From Octopus bimaculoides (Eukaryota), in NCBI RefSeq assembly GCF_001194135.2, contig NC_068982.1, forward strand, positions 51,746,378 through 51,810,069: 63,692 nucleotides of DNA, read 5' to 3'. Shown here piece after piece: positions 62,483-63,692 of this stretch (positions within the stretch are counted from its first letter, which is position 1; the number at the start of each line of letters is the position of its first letter). The notes under the pieces were generated by a model. That model was given only the letters and a program-made list of their open reading frames with translations. It had not been told where the DNA came from and ran no database searches. The position numbers and the translations under genes are program-made.

Positions 62483-62773
62483 AAACAATTGCAGCGTGGA
62501 AGGTGTTTATAAGCCATTTAAGAAACACAAAAACCGTTAGATTCACTTCAACATTTAAGTTTAATTTGTCAAAATATTTTCCTCGCTTTGAGACCGCGAC
62601 CTGTCCACTGACAAAATTCCGAGATGCAGCACAGAATTTTGTCAGTGGACAGGTCGCGGTCTCAAAGCGACGAAAATATTTTGACAAATTAAACTTAAAT
62701 GTTGAAGTGAATCTAACGGGTTTTTTTGTGTTTCTTAAATGGCTTATAAACACCTTCCACGCTGCAATTGTTT
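62483..62773. mobile_element. 291-bp near-perfect palindrome carrying hammerhead-like motifs (possible inverted Penelope-like terminal repeat or foldback element)
   Basis: Arms of about 137 bp (62483-62619 and 62634-62773), 14-nt spacer, few mismatches. The right arm holds a hammerhead-like fold at 62638-62688. Confidence 0.75.
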
Positions 62774-62860
62774 TCCTTCCGGCACACGATCTCAGATCAG
62801 GTCACTTGCTATGCAAGTACATCTCCATTTTCTTTTATTTTTATGAATTTTCACAAAATG

Positions 62861-63310
62861 TTTTCAGTCAGGAACAAGTTGCAGGTAACCCTTTTTCACC
62901 ATTCTTCCAACTTCATTTTCAATCTTAAAAAGGCTTTCGTCTACTTGAACTATATGATTCAGGCCACCTAATTTCTTATCTTTCAATAATTTTTGAGTAC
63001 ATACTTCCCTGCAATGTTCGTACCACTAGACAGTTGTCTGTCTGCTAATATTGTTCATGGACGTGCAGCTTGTCCTTGGTGTTTCACATATGAAGTCCAG
63101 GGTTAAGTGAAAAAGTGTGAAGACCAACAATTGACCTTTTTTTCCGTAGATGAAAGCCTTTTTAAGAGGAAAAATGAAGTTGGTGAAGTTTGGGATACTT
63201 GGAATATACGATAACACGGTAAAGAAGGGTTACCTGCAACTTGTTCCTAACCGAAAAACAAAGACACTACTAGCGATCATTATTGAAAATGTTGAAGCAG
63301 GAGCGATCTT
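62861..63310. mobile_element. Merlin (IS1016/ISXO2-like) transposase fragments in inverted arrangement
   Basis: Minus strand 62990-62861 gives KKLGGLNHIVQVDESLFK..VKKGYLQLVPD*. Plus strand from 63146 gives VDESLFKRK, then after a frameshift GIYDNTVKKGYLQLVPNRKTKTLLAIIIENVEAGA. Confidence 0.8.
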
Positions 63311-63692
63311 TCGTAGGTTTCACTATTTTTACAGATATGTGGCCCAGCTATAAAAATCTACTTAAGAAGAGTGGACCGGAAGCAAGTCAGTGGCACCCAC
63401 GATAAAAAAAAAAAAAATCTTTTAAACTTCACATGTATAAGCTGTAAATCGGGGGATGGGGTACTCCCATCATACTCTTGAATCTGCGTTTGTTCCTGGT
63501 TTTATATACTTTCTGATAAAGAGAAGCAGAATTTCGGAGGGACGATCGTTCACAAACACAGAAAGTCCTATTTTGTCTTTTCTGTCTATCTATCTATCTA
63601 TCTATTTGCTTTCATTCATTCAGTCGGTTGTTTGTTTTATTAGATAGACAGACAGACAGACAAAATTCACCCCCGATTTAAAGTTTACACAT

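Noticed and set aside
62481-62928. Mirror ORFs MFISHLRNTK..FETATCPLTKF on both strands
   Set aside because: A consequence of the palindrome; no protein family recognised.
1-63692. CRISPR arrays, rRNA or prokaryotic operon-like systems
   Set aside because: This is eukaryotic intron-rich DNA, with no regularly spaced repeat-spacer arrays or rRNA-like sequence.

Overview
AT-rich, microsatellite- and SINE-dense animal genomic scaffold with several N gaps; the repeat content suggests a coleoid cephalopod, probably Octopus (inference). Two convergent genes are supported. (1) The 1.55-kb terminal coding exon of a chondroitin sulfate synthase (CHSY1-like, + strand, 6514-8067); its upstream exons are not visible. 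(2) A complete elongation factor-like GTPase 1 gene (EFL1/EFTUD1, - strand) rebuilt by hand from 21 coding exons (60773 to 34789; 3273 nt, 1090 aa), which needs a GC donor at 52561 and a 30-nt micro-exon. Non-coding DNA holds tRNA-derived SINE families, RTE-LINE 3' fragments, mariner, Merlin, piggyBac-like and Helitron remnants. The most notable observations are two minimal type I hammerhead-ribozyme-like motifs with the same architecture. One lies sense in an EFL1 intron (53015-53059). The other sits in a near-perfect 291-bp palindrome upstream of EFL1 (62483-62773) and has a swapped G3:C8 core pair but a non-canonical G6. There are also foldback elements built from transposase fragments, candidate dsRNA/ADAR substrates. 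All coordinates and translations were read by eye; no searches were run.
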